NCBI GenBank assembly: GCA_013359225.1
Contig: JABWCG010000003.1
Location: forward strand, 48,783 to 112,782
From: Candidatus Buchananbacteria bacterium
Lineage (GTDB): Bacteria > Patescibacteriota > Patescibacteriia > Buchananbacterales > UBA6539
Reading direction: 5' to 3'
Length of the DNA: 64,000 bases
The notes below the pieces were generated by a model. The model did not search any database, was not told where the DNA came from, and saw only the letters and a program-made list of their open reading frames with translations. The position numbers were made by a program, and so were the translations under genes. This document shows, in pieces, positions 9,718 through 17,901 of the stretch (its first letter is position 1; each line of letters starts with the position of its first letter).

Positions 9718-10959
9718 TTAGCTGTGCAACCCGGCCTCAGCCAATGCCCGCTGGCGTAACTGCTCAATCATCTCTGAAACCTTCGTCGCTGCACGCTCCT
9801 TGAATTCGGCGACGTCGTCATTCTCCGGAACAACGTCACCCAGTGACTGCTGCAGCACTTTCAGATCACCAACGGCGAGTTTGACATCGCCGTGCAGGTC
9901 AACCCGATCGGCTTGCTCCATAATGGAGTTGATCGCTACCTTTTGAGCATGATCAAGTTGTTGCATTTTTTCGGCGTGGATTTCCTCTATTTTGCCTTCA
10001 GCAATCTCACGCCACAGATCGTGCTCTTCCGGCGTGGAGCCAAGCGCATCAGCAACGTTGAGTAAATCGCTTGGTTCAACGTACAGCCGACCGTCAAGCA
10101 CTGCCGACACTTCCAGCATCTGTGAAGCAATCGCGATTCGCCGGTCGGACACTTCCGGCAAAATCACCTTCCAGTCGTTAGACTTGATCGCTTCGCGACG
10201 ACGCTCGCGATATTCTCGCGCCGCCTGGGCATACTTGATCATAATCAATTCGTCACGAATAAGCGTTGGCGGCGCCACCACTAGCTCGGACAGATTGTGA
10301 ATCAGGTCCAGAGGGATTCGGTCTTTGACATCAACCCCCTGGCAATTCTGAAAACTACGAACCATCCGAAAAAGTTCGTCATCGGTCTCCAGATACTTAA
10401 CCTCGGTGATGAAGAGCAGTCGGTCCAACACGGCCCAGGCGTATGAATTCTTCTTGAGAAATTCGCCCGGGTGCTTGTTGGTGTCGCAAAAGACCGTCAC
10501 CAATGGCATATCAACAATCTGCGTACCGCGGCGTAACCGTCGCTCGTTTAGCGACGACAACAGCGACCGCAAGAGCGGCATGCTGCCGTCCAAAAACTCA
10601 CCCAGACGCGCCAAATCCGCCTCGGGCAACATCCCTTCGGTGCGGTGTTCAAGGATTCCGTCTTCCTTCATTTTGCGGATGTCATACGGACCAAAAACGG
10701 CATCGTCACCCATGAACATCGCTAGCTCAATGTGGAACTTTTCCGCGTCATAAATGCCTTCGTAGACCCGATCGCACACGGCCGTTTTAGCCGTACCCGG
10801 ATCGCCGAATACCAACAAGTGCTGACGTTGCACCATCGCCCAACGTAACAGGCGCAACAAGCCTTCACGGTGGATGAACCCACCGTTAAACTGCTCAAAG
10901 TACCGGTTGTACTGTGCCGCAGCAATCTTCAATTCATCAGGGGTCAAGCGTTTTCCCAT
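9718..10959 (-). CDS. AAA+ ATPase of the MoxR/RavA family (RavA-like)
   Basis: 413 aa. Walker A LLVFGDPGTAKT. The RavA-like block EFLDGSMPLLRSLLSSLNERRLRRG resembles E. coli RavA ([23 protein letters not shown]), but the Walker B reads DG, not DE. Long helical C-terminal region. Confidence 0.8.
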   Translation of the reverse strand: MGKRLTPDELKIAAAQYNRYFEQFNGGFIHREGLLRLLRWAMVQRQHLLVFGDPGTAKTAVCDRVYEGIYDAEKFHIELAMFMGDDAVFGPYDIRKMKEDGILEHRTEGMLPEADLARLGEFLDGSMPLLRSLLSSLNERRLRRGTQIVDMPLVTVFCDTNKHPGEFLKKNSYAWAVLDRLLFITEVKYLETDDELFRMVRSFQNCQGVDVKDRIPLDLIHNLSELVVAPPTLIRDELIMIKYAQAAREYRERRREAIKSNDWKVILPEVSDRRIAIASQMLEVSAVLDGRLYVEPSDLLNVADALGSTPEEHDLWREIAEGKIEEIHAEKMQQLDHAQKVAINSIMEQADRVDLHGDVKLAVGDLKVLQQSLGDVVPENDDVAEFKERAATKVSEMIEQLRQRALAEAGLHS

Positions 10960-10973
10960 CGGTACGTTTCTCC

Positions 10974-11699
10974 TTACCGGTTATAGATCAGATACGCCAA
11001 CCAAGCGATGCCGGTGGCAATGAATATCAGCGCTCCCAAAATGCACATGACGAAACGTCTCGTCCATGCTTCAAGTTTGGGATCAGTGTGGCCCTTCATT
11101 AGGTAGCCGGTCAAAGCGTCAATTAAGCGCCGACCAAGCCAGATGATTAGCCGTAGGGCGCAAAATATCAACACCCCAACGACAAAAAAACAAACCAACA
11201 TCAGGATCATTGCTACCGGGTATGAAAACCGCGGTGTTACATATGATCCAGACAGCACTTTGATTCTAGTAGTACCATCCGGCGCTTTCACCACCGAATA
11301 TACCAATGGCTCACGCCACTCAATCAGGGGATAGGAGACAATAAACCGGATCGGCGCTCCCCGAACCAACGGCTCTGGTAGCCTGACCGAAACACTTGTT
11401 TGCCACCACCACGGCCCCACCGCCCAGTTGTCGTCAACCAAGCCGACAAGTTTGTGACGGTAAACCATATGGTTGAAATACACCTCTTCCCAGTCAACAT
11501 AGTGAGCCGCGACTGCCGCGGGGTATTCCAAACTACGGTATGGACCAACATATGACTGGTCAAAAACCTGCCGGATCAAATGCAATTCCTGCACCTGATC
11601 GCTGTCGCTTACGCTCGAAACCAAGACCTTGCCAGTCTGGTCTTGCGCACTGGCAATGCCAAAGACTGCCAAACAAAAAATCATCGCTAAGTGCTTCAT
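10974..11699 (-). CDS. Exported protein with signal peptide and two C-terminal TM helices; first gene of the GC-rich island
   Basis: 241 aa. Signal peptide MKHLAMIFCLAVFGIASA, then a roughly 150 aa Trp-rich ectodomain (GPWWWQ), then two hydrophobic helices. No family recognised. Confidence 0.4.
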   Translation of the reverse strand: MKHLAMIFCLAVFGIASAQDQTGKVLVSSVSDSDQVQELHLIRQVFDQSYVGPYRSLEYPAAVAAHYVDWEEVYFNHMVYRHKLVGLVDDNWAVGPWWWQTSVSVRLPEPLVRGAPIRFIVSYPLIEWREPLVYSVVKAPDGTTRIKVLSGSYVTPRFSYPVAMILMLVCFFVVGVLIFCALRLIIWLGRRLIDALTGYLMKGHTDPKLEAWTRRFVMCILGALIFIATGIAWLAYLIYNR

Positions 11700-11836
11700 C
11701 GTAGACTCTCCCTCATGTTTGAGTTTGGATTCGTATAGTCAACAAACCTCGTTGCTTTTAGACGCGTCAAAAACACGTTAAAAGACCTTATAATATATAA
11801 AAAAAATAGCATTTTGTCAAGGTGACACTATCTCAT

Positions 11837-11886
11837 TTGACACTATCTTATACATCAGGTAATATATCCCCATAGGGGGGATATAT
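11837..11886 (+). promoter_or_regulatory. Copper operon promoter (TTGACA, 17 nt spacer, TAATAT) overlapping a CsoR-type operator palindrome atatatcccc-ata-ggggggatatat
   Basis: -35 at 11837-11842 and -10 at 11860-11865. The inverted repeat at 11862-11886 is an AT-flanked C4/G4 palindrome like known CsoR operators. A direct repeat tgacactatct occurs twice upstream (11823-11849). Confidence 0.5.
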
Positions 11887-11889
11887 ACT

Positions 11890-12198
11890 ATGAACAAAAA
11901 TTCCATCCAATCAACAGCCGCCAAACTCTTACTCACTATTATGGTGTCATTCATCATTAGTGCTTTCTTTTTAGCAGCACTAACAATAACGCCCGTCACT
12001 TATTCAGGGCACGACCAGTGCTTTAATAGTCAATGCGGACCGATTCAACACTTATTCCACGATTTCGTTATGTTGCCAGCGTTACTTACTAAAAACCTAA
12101 TGCTAATTATCATTTGCTTTATCATTTTATTCACCCCAATAGCAGTGGCGACAACACCAAAAAGCCCACCGCCAAGATTTACTTTAATAAACAACTAA
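11890..12198 (+). CDS. Small 2-TM membrane protein with a Cys/His-rich loop (HDQCFNSQCGPIQHLFHDF); first gene of the copper operon
   Basis: 102 aa, immediately downstream of the CsoR operator. Putative metal-binding loop between two helices. Confidence 0.4.
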   Translation: MNKNSIQSTAAKLLLTIMVSFIISAFFLAALTITPVTYSGHDQCFNSQCGPIQHLFHDFVMLPALLTKNLMLIIICFIILFTPIAVATTPKSPPPRFTLINN

Positions 12199-12203
12199 AC
12201 AAT

Positions 12204-12476
12204 ATGGATAAACGACATAAAACAACAACCAAAGATCGCGCTTTGCATCGAGTCCGAATTATTCAAGGCCATCTGACATCAATTGAAAAAATGCTAGAAG
12301 AAAATCGCTACTGTGTTGACATTGTTCATCAATCACGAGCGATTCAAAAAGCCCTAAAACAACTTGATATCCTTATTATTGAAAACCATCTCAAGGGTTG
12401 CGTCATTAATCAGATCAAAGGCGGTCAAGAACAAAAAACCACCAGTGAATTACTCAGACTCTTTGAGTACAAATAA
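12204..12476 (+). CDS. csoR: CsoR/RcnR-family copper-sensing transcriptional repressor
   Basis: Start chosen at MDKRHK; the ORF track's 12114 start overlaps the previous gene. The block RVRIIQGHLTSIEKMLEENRYCVDIVHQSRAIQKALKQLDILIIENHLKGCV carries the Cys...His...Cys ligand pattern of CsoR (DUF156). Confidence 0.8.
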   Translation: MDKRHKTTTKDRALHRVRIIQGHLTSIEKMLEENRYCVDIVHQSRAIQKALKQLDILIIENHLKGCVINQIKGGQEQKTTSELLRLFEYK

Positions 12477-12489
12477 ATAACTACAATCT

Positions 12490-13932
12490 ATGTCCCAACA
12501 TCATACTGAAGAAAACTTCAAACAGCACACATTTTACGTTGCCGGCATGCACTGTGCCAGCTGTGAAGTTTTAATTGAAAAAAAACTCCTCAAACAACCG
12601 GGCGTGGTATTCGCCAACGCCTCGTTAAAAGATGCTCAGGTTATCGTCAAAACTAATCCGGACACCCGCCTTAATCTAGCCGACCTCAACCGTGACATTG
12701 AACCGCTAGGCTACCAGCTTAAAACTTCACCGGTTGCCAAAGAAGTAACCAGCCTGTTTTATAAAAATAATTCAGGCAGCCTAACGTTAAACAAAAAAAG
12801 GTTTCACCAGCTCCTTAAAAGCGTGCTACTGGCATTATCATTTTTGGCAGTCTTTTTTGTTATTGAGCGTTTCCAGTTTGGCCGATTTGTTTCTGTCGAT
12901 GCCACATCAACCTACTCTGCCTTCTTCCTGCTCGGCTTGGTCGCCGGCGTCTCCAGCTGTGCGGCACTGATCGGGGGACTGCTTTTGTCCCTTATCAAAC
13001 ACTGGAACGAGGTCTACATTGACGCCGAAAAAACATCGCAAAAAGCAACACCACACCTATTGTTTCACACCGGCCGAATGGCGTCGTTCTTTGTGCTTGG
13101 AGGCGTATTAGGAATAATCGGCGACGCCATCACTTGGAATAACACCACCACCTATGCGCTGCTGACTATTGCCGTTTCGTTACTGATGATTATCTTGGCG
13201 TTTCAAATGCTTGGCGCTTCTTGGGCAACCAAACTAGCGCCGCGATTACCAAAATTTATCACGCGCGTTGCCACCAATGAACAATCGTTTCAGGGAAAAT
13301 TCATGCCGTTTGTCACTGGTGCGCTGACATTCTTTCTGCCGTGTGGTTTTACCCTCATCGCGCAGGGAGTGGCGCTCGCCACTGGCAGTTTTATGTCCGG
13401 AGCATTAATAATGACATTTTTTGCCTTTGGTACTCTGCCAATGCTAACAGCAATCAGTCTTACCGGGCTTACCTTCACCAGCCGACCCCATCTAACCGCC
13501 AAGTTCTCATACGTAGCCGGGGTTATTATTATCTTTTTTGCGCTCTACAACATCAACGGTCAATTTAACGTTCTGGGGCTACCGAGCTTAAGCGACATAA
13601 CTGTTTTGTCGAGTAAAAATGCCACCAACGATATGGCTGGTACGCCATACGCTGGCAGTGAAGAACAAATTATCTCGCTTGTTGCCAAAGGCTTTAGCTA
13701 CACACCAACCAGCCCGACATCACTCAAGGCAGGCATACCAACTAAACTCGTAGTGGATAATCAAGGAATTCAAGGCTGTGGCACCTACATGGCCTCCCGC
13801 GGGCTGATCAATGGTTTTGTCGCTCTAGAAAAAGGCGAAAATATTATTGACGTTGGTTCGCCAAAGCCCGGAACATACAAAATTACCTGCTCAATGGGCA
13901 TGGTGCCGCCGGTAACAATCACTATTAAATAA
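12490..13932 (+). CDS. HMA-domain membrane protein: N-terminal GMHCASC copper-binding domain, CcdA/DsbD-like polytopic core, C-terminal cupredoxin-like domain
   Basis: 480 aa. FYVAGMHCASCEVLIEKKL is the HMA domain. The TM core has Cys motifs (GVSSCAALIGG, FFLPCGFT). The C-terminal soluble domain ends with a Cys/Met-containing beta-strand, TYKITCSMGMVPPVTITIK. Confidence 0.6.
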   Translation: MSQHHTEENFKQHTFYVAGMHCASCEVLIEKKLLKQPGVVFANASLKDAQVIVKTNPDTRLNLADLNRDIEPLGYQLKTSPVAKEVTSLFYKNNSGSLTLNKKRFHQLLKSVLLALSFLAVFFVIERFQFGRFVSVDATSTYSAFFLLGLVAGVSSCAALIGGLLLSLIKHWNEVYIDAEKTSQKATPHLLFHTGRMASFFVLGGVLGIIGDAITWNNTTTYALLTIAVSLLMIILAFQMLGASWATKLAPRLPKFITRVATNEQSFQGKFMPFVTGALTFFLPCGFTLIAQGVALATGSFMSGALIMTFFAFGTLPMLTAISLTGLTFTSRPHLTAKFSYVAGVIIIFFALYNINGQFNVLGLPSLSDITVLSSKNATNDMAGTPYAGSEEQIISLVAKGFSYTPTSPTSLKAGIPTKLVVDNQGIQGCGTYMASRGLINGFVALEKGENIIDVGSPKPGTYKITCSMGMVPPVTITIK

Positions 13933-13936
13933 TCAC

Positions 13937-14158
13937 ATGGATAAAAAACTACTCATTAAAGGGATGCATTGTGACGCCTGCCTTAATTTGATCAAAATGG
14001 AGCTGGCTGATGCCGGATTAGAAAACAACATTAAAGAAATAAAATTACTCGACGGCCAGCAGCGAGGTTTTGTAACGCTGACTAATCCTTCTGAAGCAAA
14101 AATTATTCAGGCAATCACAGCTATCAATGCACTTGGACCATACCAGGTTGAAATTTAA
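13937..14158 (+). CDS. copZ: Copper chaperone CopZ (single HMA domain)
   Basis: 73 aa with GMHCDAC. Confidence 0.85.
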   Translation: MDKKLLIKGMHCDACLNLIKMELADAGLENNIKEIKLLDGQQRGFVTLTNPSEAKIIQAITAINALGPYQVEI

Positions 14159-14168
14159 CTGATCTAAT

Positions 14169-16553
14169 ATGATAACTAAAAAAATATTTCCGATTGTCGG
14201 AATGCATTGCGCTTCCTGCAAAATACTAATCGAAAAAATGGTCAAAAAATTAGATGGCGTCTCTGACGTTCAGGTTAACTATGCCACCGAAAAAATGACC
14301 GTAACCTACGACGAAAAAAAAATCGGCTCAGCCGACCTTTCGTCCGCCGTCAGCAAAGCCGGAAGCTATAGGCTAATTACCAATCAAGCCGGTGAAACTG
14401 TTTTAGCGTCACCGCCAGAAGCCAAAAAAATCACTCGTCACCATCACCAAGCATCGTCTACGGCCGGACACCACGATCACGCCTCAGCGCTAAAGAAAGA
14501 AGCCTACCTTAAACTTAAGAAAAAAGTCATCATGGTTGGCATTGGTTCAGTGCCATTCTTCTTAATGATGATTAATACTGTTTTGGCGTCGTTTGGCTTA
14601 ATGATGGTCGGCGAACAATTCGGGTTCATTAAAATTGAAGCATTAAACTATAGGCTTAACCTATTTTTCTTGCTGCAATTTTTGATCGCCACGCCTATTA
14701 TTTTCATCGGCGGCCAGCAATTCTTCCAAAGCGCTTGGCAGGCCTTAAAAGCCAAAGCGGCTAATATGGATACCTTAATTGCGCTTGGTACCTTCACGGC
14801 CTGGCTCTTCTCAACGTTGGTTACGTTTACGCCTCAATTTTTTGGATCGCTTAAAACTGACGTCTTTTTTGAAGCGGCGGTTTTTATTACCTTCTTTATT
14901 CTGATTGGACGACTCCTTGAAGCCAGGGCCAAAGGTCAAGCTAACGACGCTATTAAAAAACTGTTTGCCCTTCAGGCTAAAGAAGCAACTGTCATACGTC
15001 ACAATCAGGAAATTAAAATCTCCATTGATCAAGTAGTTACTGGCGACATTATCATCGTAAAGCCCGGAGAAAAAATTCCGGTTGATGGCACCATCGTTAA
15101 CGGTGCCAGCACGATTGATGAATCAATGGTCACTGGCGAATCGTTACCGGTTGAAAAAACGGTCGGCGACCAAGTCATTGGTTCAACCATCAACAAAACC
15201 GGAGCTTTTACTTTTGAGGCAAAAAAAGTCGGGTCCGAAACCCTGCTGGCGCAAATCATTAAAATGGTTGAAGAAGCTCAGGGCACGACCGCGCCAATTC
15301 AAAAGTTAGCCGACGCCATTTCAGGTATCTTTGTGCCAATTGTAGTTGTGATTGCCGTTATTGCCTTTTTATTTTGGCTATTTATTGCCCCGACGATTGG
15401 CTTAATTGGCACTGATGTGTCAGTGCTGCAGTTAGCTGTCTACATTGCAACAACCATATTGATTATTGCCTGCCCATGTGCGCTGGGGCTTGCGACCCCA
15501 ACTGCCGTTATGGTTGGCACCGGTCAAGCAGCGAGGCGCGGCATCTTAATCAAGGATGCCGCCGCTCTTGAGGGGGCTCAACAAATCAAAACCATTGTAT
15601 TTGATAAAACTGGAACTCTAACTAAAGGCATTCCCGAGGTAACTGATTTTGTCTTAACCGGCACCATTGATGAAAAAACCGTCCTGTCGTATGCCTATGC
15701 CCTGGAAAAAAATTCTGAACACCCTTTGTCTGACGCCATTACCAAATTTGCAACAAAATTCAAAAACAATGATACGGCCACAGCTTTTAAAGCCATTGAA
15801 GGTCGAGGTGTTGAAGGCGTTGTTAACAACCAAAACATAACGATTGGCAACCAACGACTGCTAAACGAAAAACATATTACCATTGATCAAACAACCCTCA
15901 ACCGGGTTGAGCAACTCAGCCGTCAAGGTAAATCAATCGCTTATATGGTAATTGCTGATTCATTAGTTGCCTTTTTCGGCCTCGCTGACGTTATTAAAGA
16001 TGAATCCGTTCAAGCCATCAAAAATCTCCAGGCCATGGGCATTACAGTTATTATGTTAAGCGGCGACAATCAAAAAACCGCTGACGCTATTGCCCAAAAA
16101 CTCGGCATCAACCAAGTTATTGCCGAGGTAATGCCTCAAGACAAAGCACAAATTATCAAGGAGCTGCAAAGTAAGTTAACCAACAAAGGGTACGTTGCCA
16201 TGGTGGGGGACGGCATTAACGATGCACCAGCCCTGGCTCAGGCTAATATCGGCATTGCTATGGGGACCGGCACCGACGTGGCAATTGAAACTGGTGATAT
16301 TGTTCTGGTTAAGGGTACGCTCGACAAAGTGGTAGAGGCAATAAAAATGTCACGCTCGACACTAAAGATCATCAAACAAAACCTATTTTGGGCGTTTGGG
16401 TATAATATTGTGGCCATCCCAGTAGCCGCCGGCATACTCTATCCATTTCTTGGAATTTTACTTTCGCCAATCATTGCCAGTGCCGCCATGGCATTTAGTT
16501 CAATTTCCGTCGTACTAAACAGTATCCGTTTAAAGGCAATTAAACTTAAATAG
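14169..16553 (+). CDS. copA: Copper-translocating P1B-type ATPase
   Basis: 794 aa. N-terminal HMA (GMHCASC), His-rich linker, CPC motif ([10 protein letters not shown]), DKTGTLT, and GDGINDAP. Confidence 0.95.
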   Translation: MITKKIFPIVGMHCASCKILIEKMVKKLDGVSDVQVNYATEKMTVTYDEKKIGSADLSSAVSKAGSYRLITNQAGETVLASPPEAKKITRHHHQASSTAGHHDHASALKKEAYLKLKKKVIMVGIGSVPFFLMMINTVLASFGLMMVGEQFGFIKIEALNYRLNLFFLLQFLIATPIIFIGGQQFFQSAWQALKAKAANMDTLIALGTFTAWLFSTLVTFTPQFFGSLKTDVFFEAAVFITFFILIGRLLEARAKGQANDAIKKLFALQAKEATVIRHNQEIKISIDQVVTGDIIIVKPGEKIPVDGTIVNGASTIDESMVTGESLPVEKTVGDQVIGSTINKTGAFTFEAKKVGSETLLAQIIKMVEEAQGTTAPIQKLADAISGIFVPIVVVIAVIAFLFWLFIAPTIGLIGTDVSVLQLAVYIATTILIIACPCALGLATPTAVMVGTGQAARRGILIKDAAALEGAQQIKTIVFDKTGTLTKGIPEVTDFVLTGTIDEKTVLSYAYALEKNSEHPLSDAITKFATKFKNNDTATAFKAIEGRGVEGVVNNQNITIGNQRLLNEKHITIDQTTLNRVEQLSRQGKSIAYMVIADSLVAFFGLADVIKDESVQAIKNLQAMGITVIMLSGDNQKTADAIAQKLGINQVIAEVMPQDKAQIIKELQSKLTNKGYVAMVGDGINDAPALAQANIGIAMGTGTDVAIETGDIVLVKGTLDKVVEAIKMSRSTLKIIKQNLFWAFGYNIVAIPVAAGILYPFLGILLSPIIASAAMAFSSISVVLNSIRLKAIKLK

Positions 16554-16565
16554 CAATCTAACTAA

Positions 16566-16598
16566 AAAATAAATGCAAATGACTTGCATTTATTTTTT
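16566..16598 (+). terminator. Rho-independent terminator after copA
   Basis: aaatgcaaatgacttgcattt hairpin followed by a T6 run. Confidence 0.7.
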
Positions 16599-16619
16599 AG
16601 TTGTGGTACCATTATTAAT

Positions 16620-16997
16620 ATGCAAAATATCCTGAAAAAATCTGGGTTAAAAAATACAGCGTGCCGCAAACATATTATTGGTGTTTTAATTAAAACCCAC
16701 GAACCAATTTCCGCCGAAACACTATATCAAAAATTAAAAAAACAGTATGATCTGGTGACTATCTACCGCAATTTAGCAGCGTTCGAACAAAAGGGGATTG
16801 TTTTCAAAGAGCATATCAATAAAATTGACCGTTACTATATTGACAATGCTCAACATCACCACATCACGTGTACTAGCTGCGGAAAAACTGAGTGTGTTCC
16901 GTGCACCCACAACAATTTTAAAATTAAAAATTTTATTAATATTAAACATCAGCTGGTGCTAAGCGGCATCTGCCAAGGATGTACTAATCATTATTAA
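16620..16997 (+). CDS. Fur-family metalloregulator (likely Zur, given the adjacent ZIP transporter)
   Basis: Start taken at MQNILKK; the ORF track's 16584 start overlaps the copA terminator. Winged helix (ILKKSGLKNTACRKHIIGVL, IYRNLAAFEQKGIV) plus HHHITCTSCG...C...C metal sites. Confidence 0.8.
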   Translation: MQNILKKSGLKNTACRKHIIGVLIKTHEPISAETLYQKLKKQYDLVTIYRNLAAFEQKGIVFKEHINKIDRYYIDNAQHHHITCTSCGKTECVPCTHNNFKIKNFINIKHQLVLSGICQGCTNHY

Positions 16998-17000
16998 TAT

Positions 17001-17771
17001 ATGTTTCTAGTCATCATCGCTGCCACAGTCATCATTAGCCTTATTGCGTTAGGCAGCATTCTTGTTATCTTTCGTAAAGAAAACCAGCCTGCGGGCTTTC
17101 GTTCTTTAATCAGTCTCGCTGCCGGATCATTGCTAGCGGTTTCGTTTCTTGATTTATTACCAGAAGCCATTGAGGAAAGCGAGGGTATTTTCGAACCACA
17201 CTTAATCTCTGCTTTGGTGCTAGTCAGTATTCTAATATTTTTCATTTTTGAAAGAATTTTACACTGGCACCATTGTCCGGATCCAATCCATCCGGAGCAT
17301 AATCACCGCCATCATCAAAGGGGTTTAGTGTACCTCAACCTTATCGGTGACGCAATTCATAATTTTATTGACGGCTTTTTAGTCGCCGGCGCCTTCCTGC
17401 TTGATTTTCAAGTTGGCTTGTCTGTAACGGCGGCGGTTATTCTACACGAAATTCCTCAAGAGATTTCTGATTTCGGAGTTTTGCTCTATGCTGGACTCAG
17501 CCGCACCAAAGCTATTATCTACAACCTGACTGTTGCTTTAACTGCCATCCTCGGCGCTACAGTTTTTTATTTCTTGGGCGAATCATTTGAAATCATTATC
17601 CCGCTTATGGCCGCAGTTGCTGCTGGAAATTTTATCTATCTTGCAACAGCCGATTTGATTCCAGAACTACACCACGAAACCAACCGAGGCAAGATTGTTA
17701 CTCATTCCGCGTGGTTACTATTTGGTGTCGCGATGATTTATATTGTTGGTATTTTATTTCCCCACAGCTAA
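17001..17771 (+). CDS. zupT: ZIP-family zinc transporter (ZupT-like)
   Basis: 256 aa. Signature HEIPQEISDFGVL, His-rich loop (HCPDPIHPEHNHRHH). Separated from the Fur gene by 4 nt. Confidence 0.85.
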   Translation: MFLVIIAATVIISLIALGSILVIFRKENQPAGFRSLISLAAGSLLAVSFLDLLPEAIEESEGIFEPHLISALVLVSILIFFIFERILHWHHCPDPIHPEHNHRHHQRGLVYLNLIGDAIHNFIDGFLVAGAFLLDFQVGLSVTAAVILHEIPQEISDFGVLLYAGLSRTKAIIYNLTVALTAILGATVFYFLGESFEIIIPLMAAVAAGNFIYLATADLIPELHHETNRGKIVTHSAWLLFGVAMIYIVGILFPHS

Positions 17772-17858
17772 AATTCTAAAGATGGCTCAAGAAACTGCTT
17801 ATACCTTGTATGCTAGTTTTAACAACGCCAATCACCTCCATATCTAGCCATTAAATAA

Positions 17859-17889
17859 AAAGAGGTTGTGCATATACAACCTCTGTTCC
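17859..17889 (-). terminator. Minus-strand terminator downstream of the GC-rich gene 17902-18804
   Basis: agaggttgtgcatatacaacctct hairpin, preceded on the plus strand by aaataaaaag (a T-run on the minus strand). Confidence 0.5.
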
Positions 17890-17901
17890 AATGAACAAGC
17901 C

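Noticed and set aside
12114-12203. Extended N-terminus of the CsoR ORF overlapping the preceding gene
   Set aside because: The conserved CsoR fold begins after MDKRHK. The extension overlaps the 3' end of the upstream membrane-protein gene in another frame. The ATG at 12204 gives a standard ~90-aa CsoR.
16584-16619. Longer start for the Fur-family gene
   Set aside because: The extension lies inside the copA terminator hairpin and T-run, and the protein aligns as a Fur-family member from MQNILKK onward.
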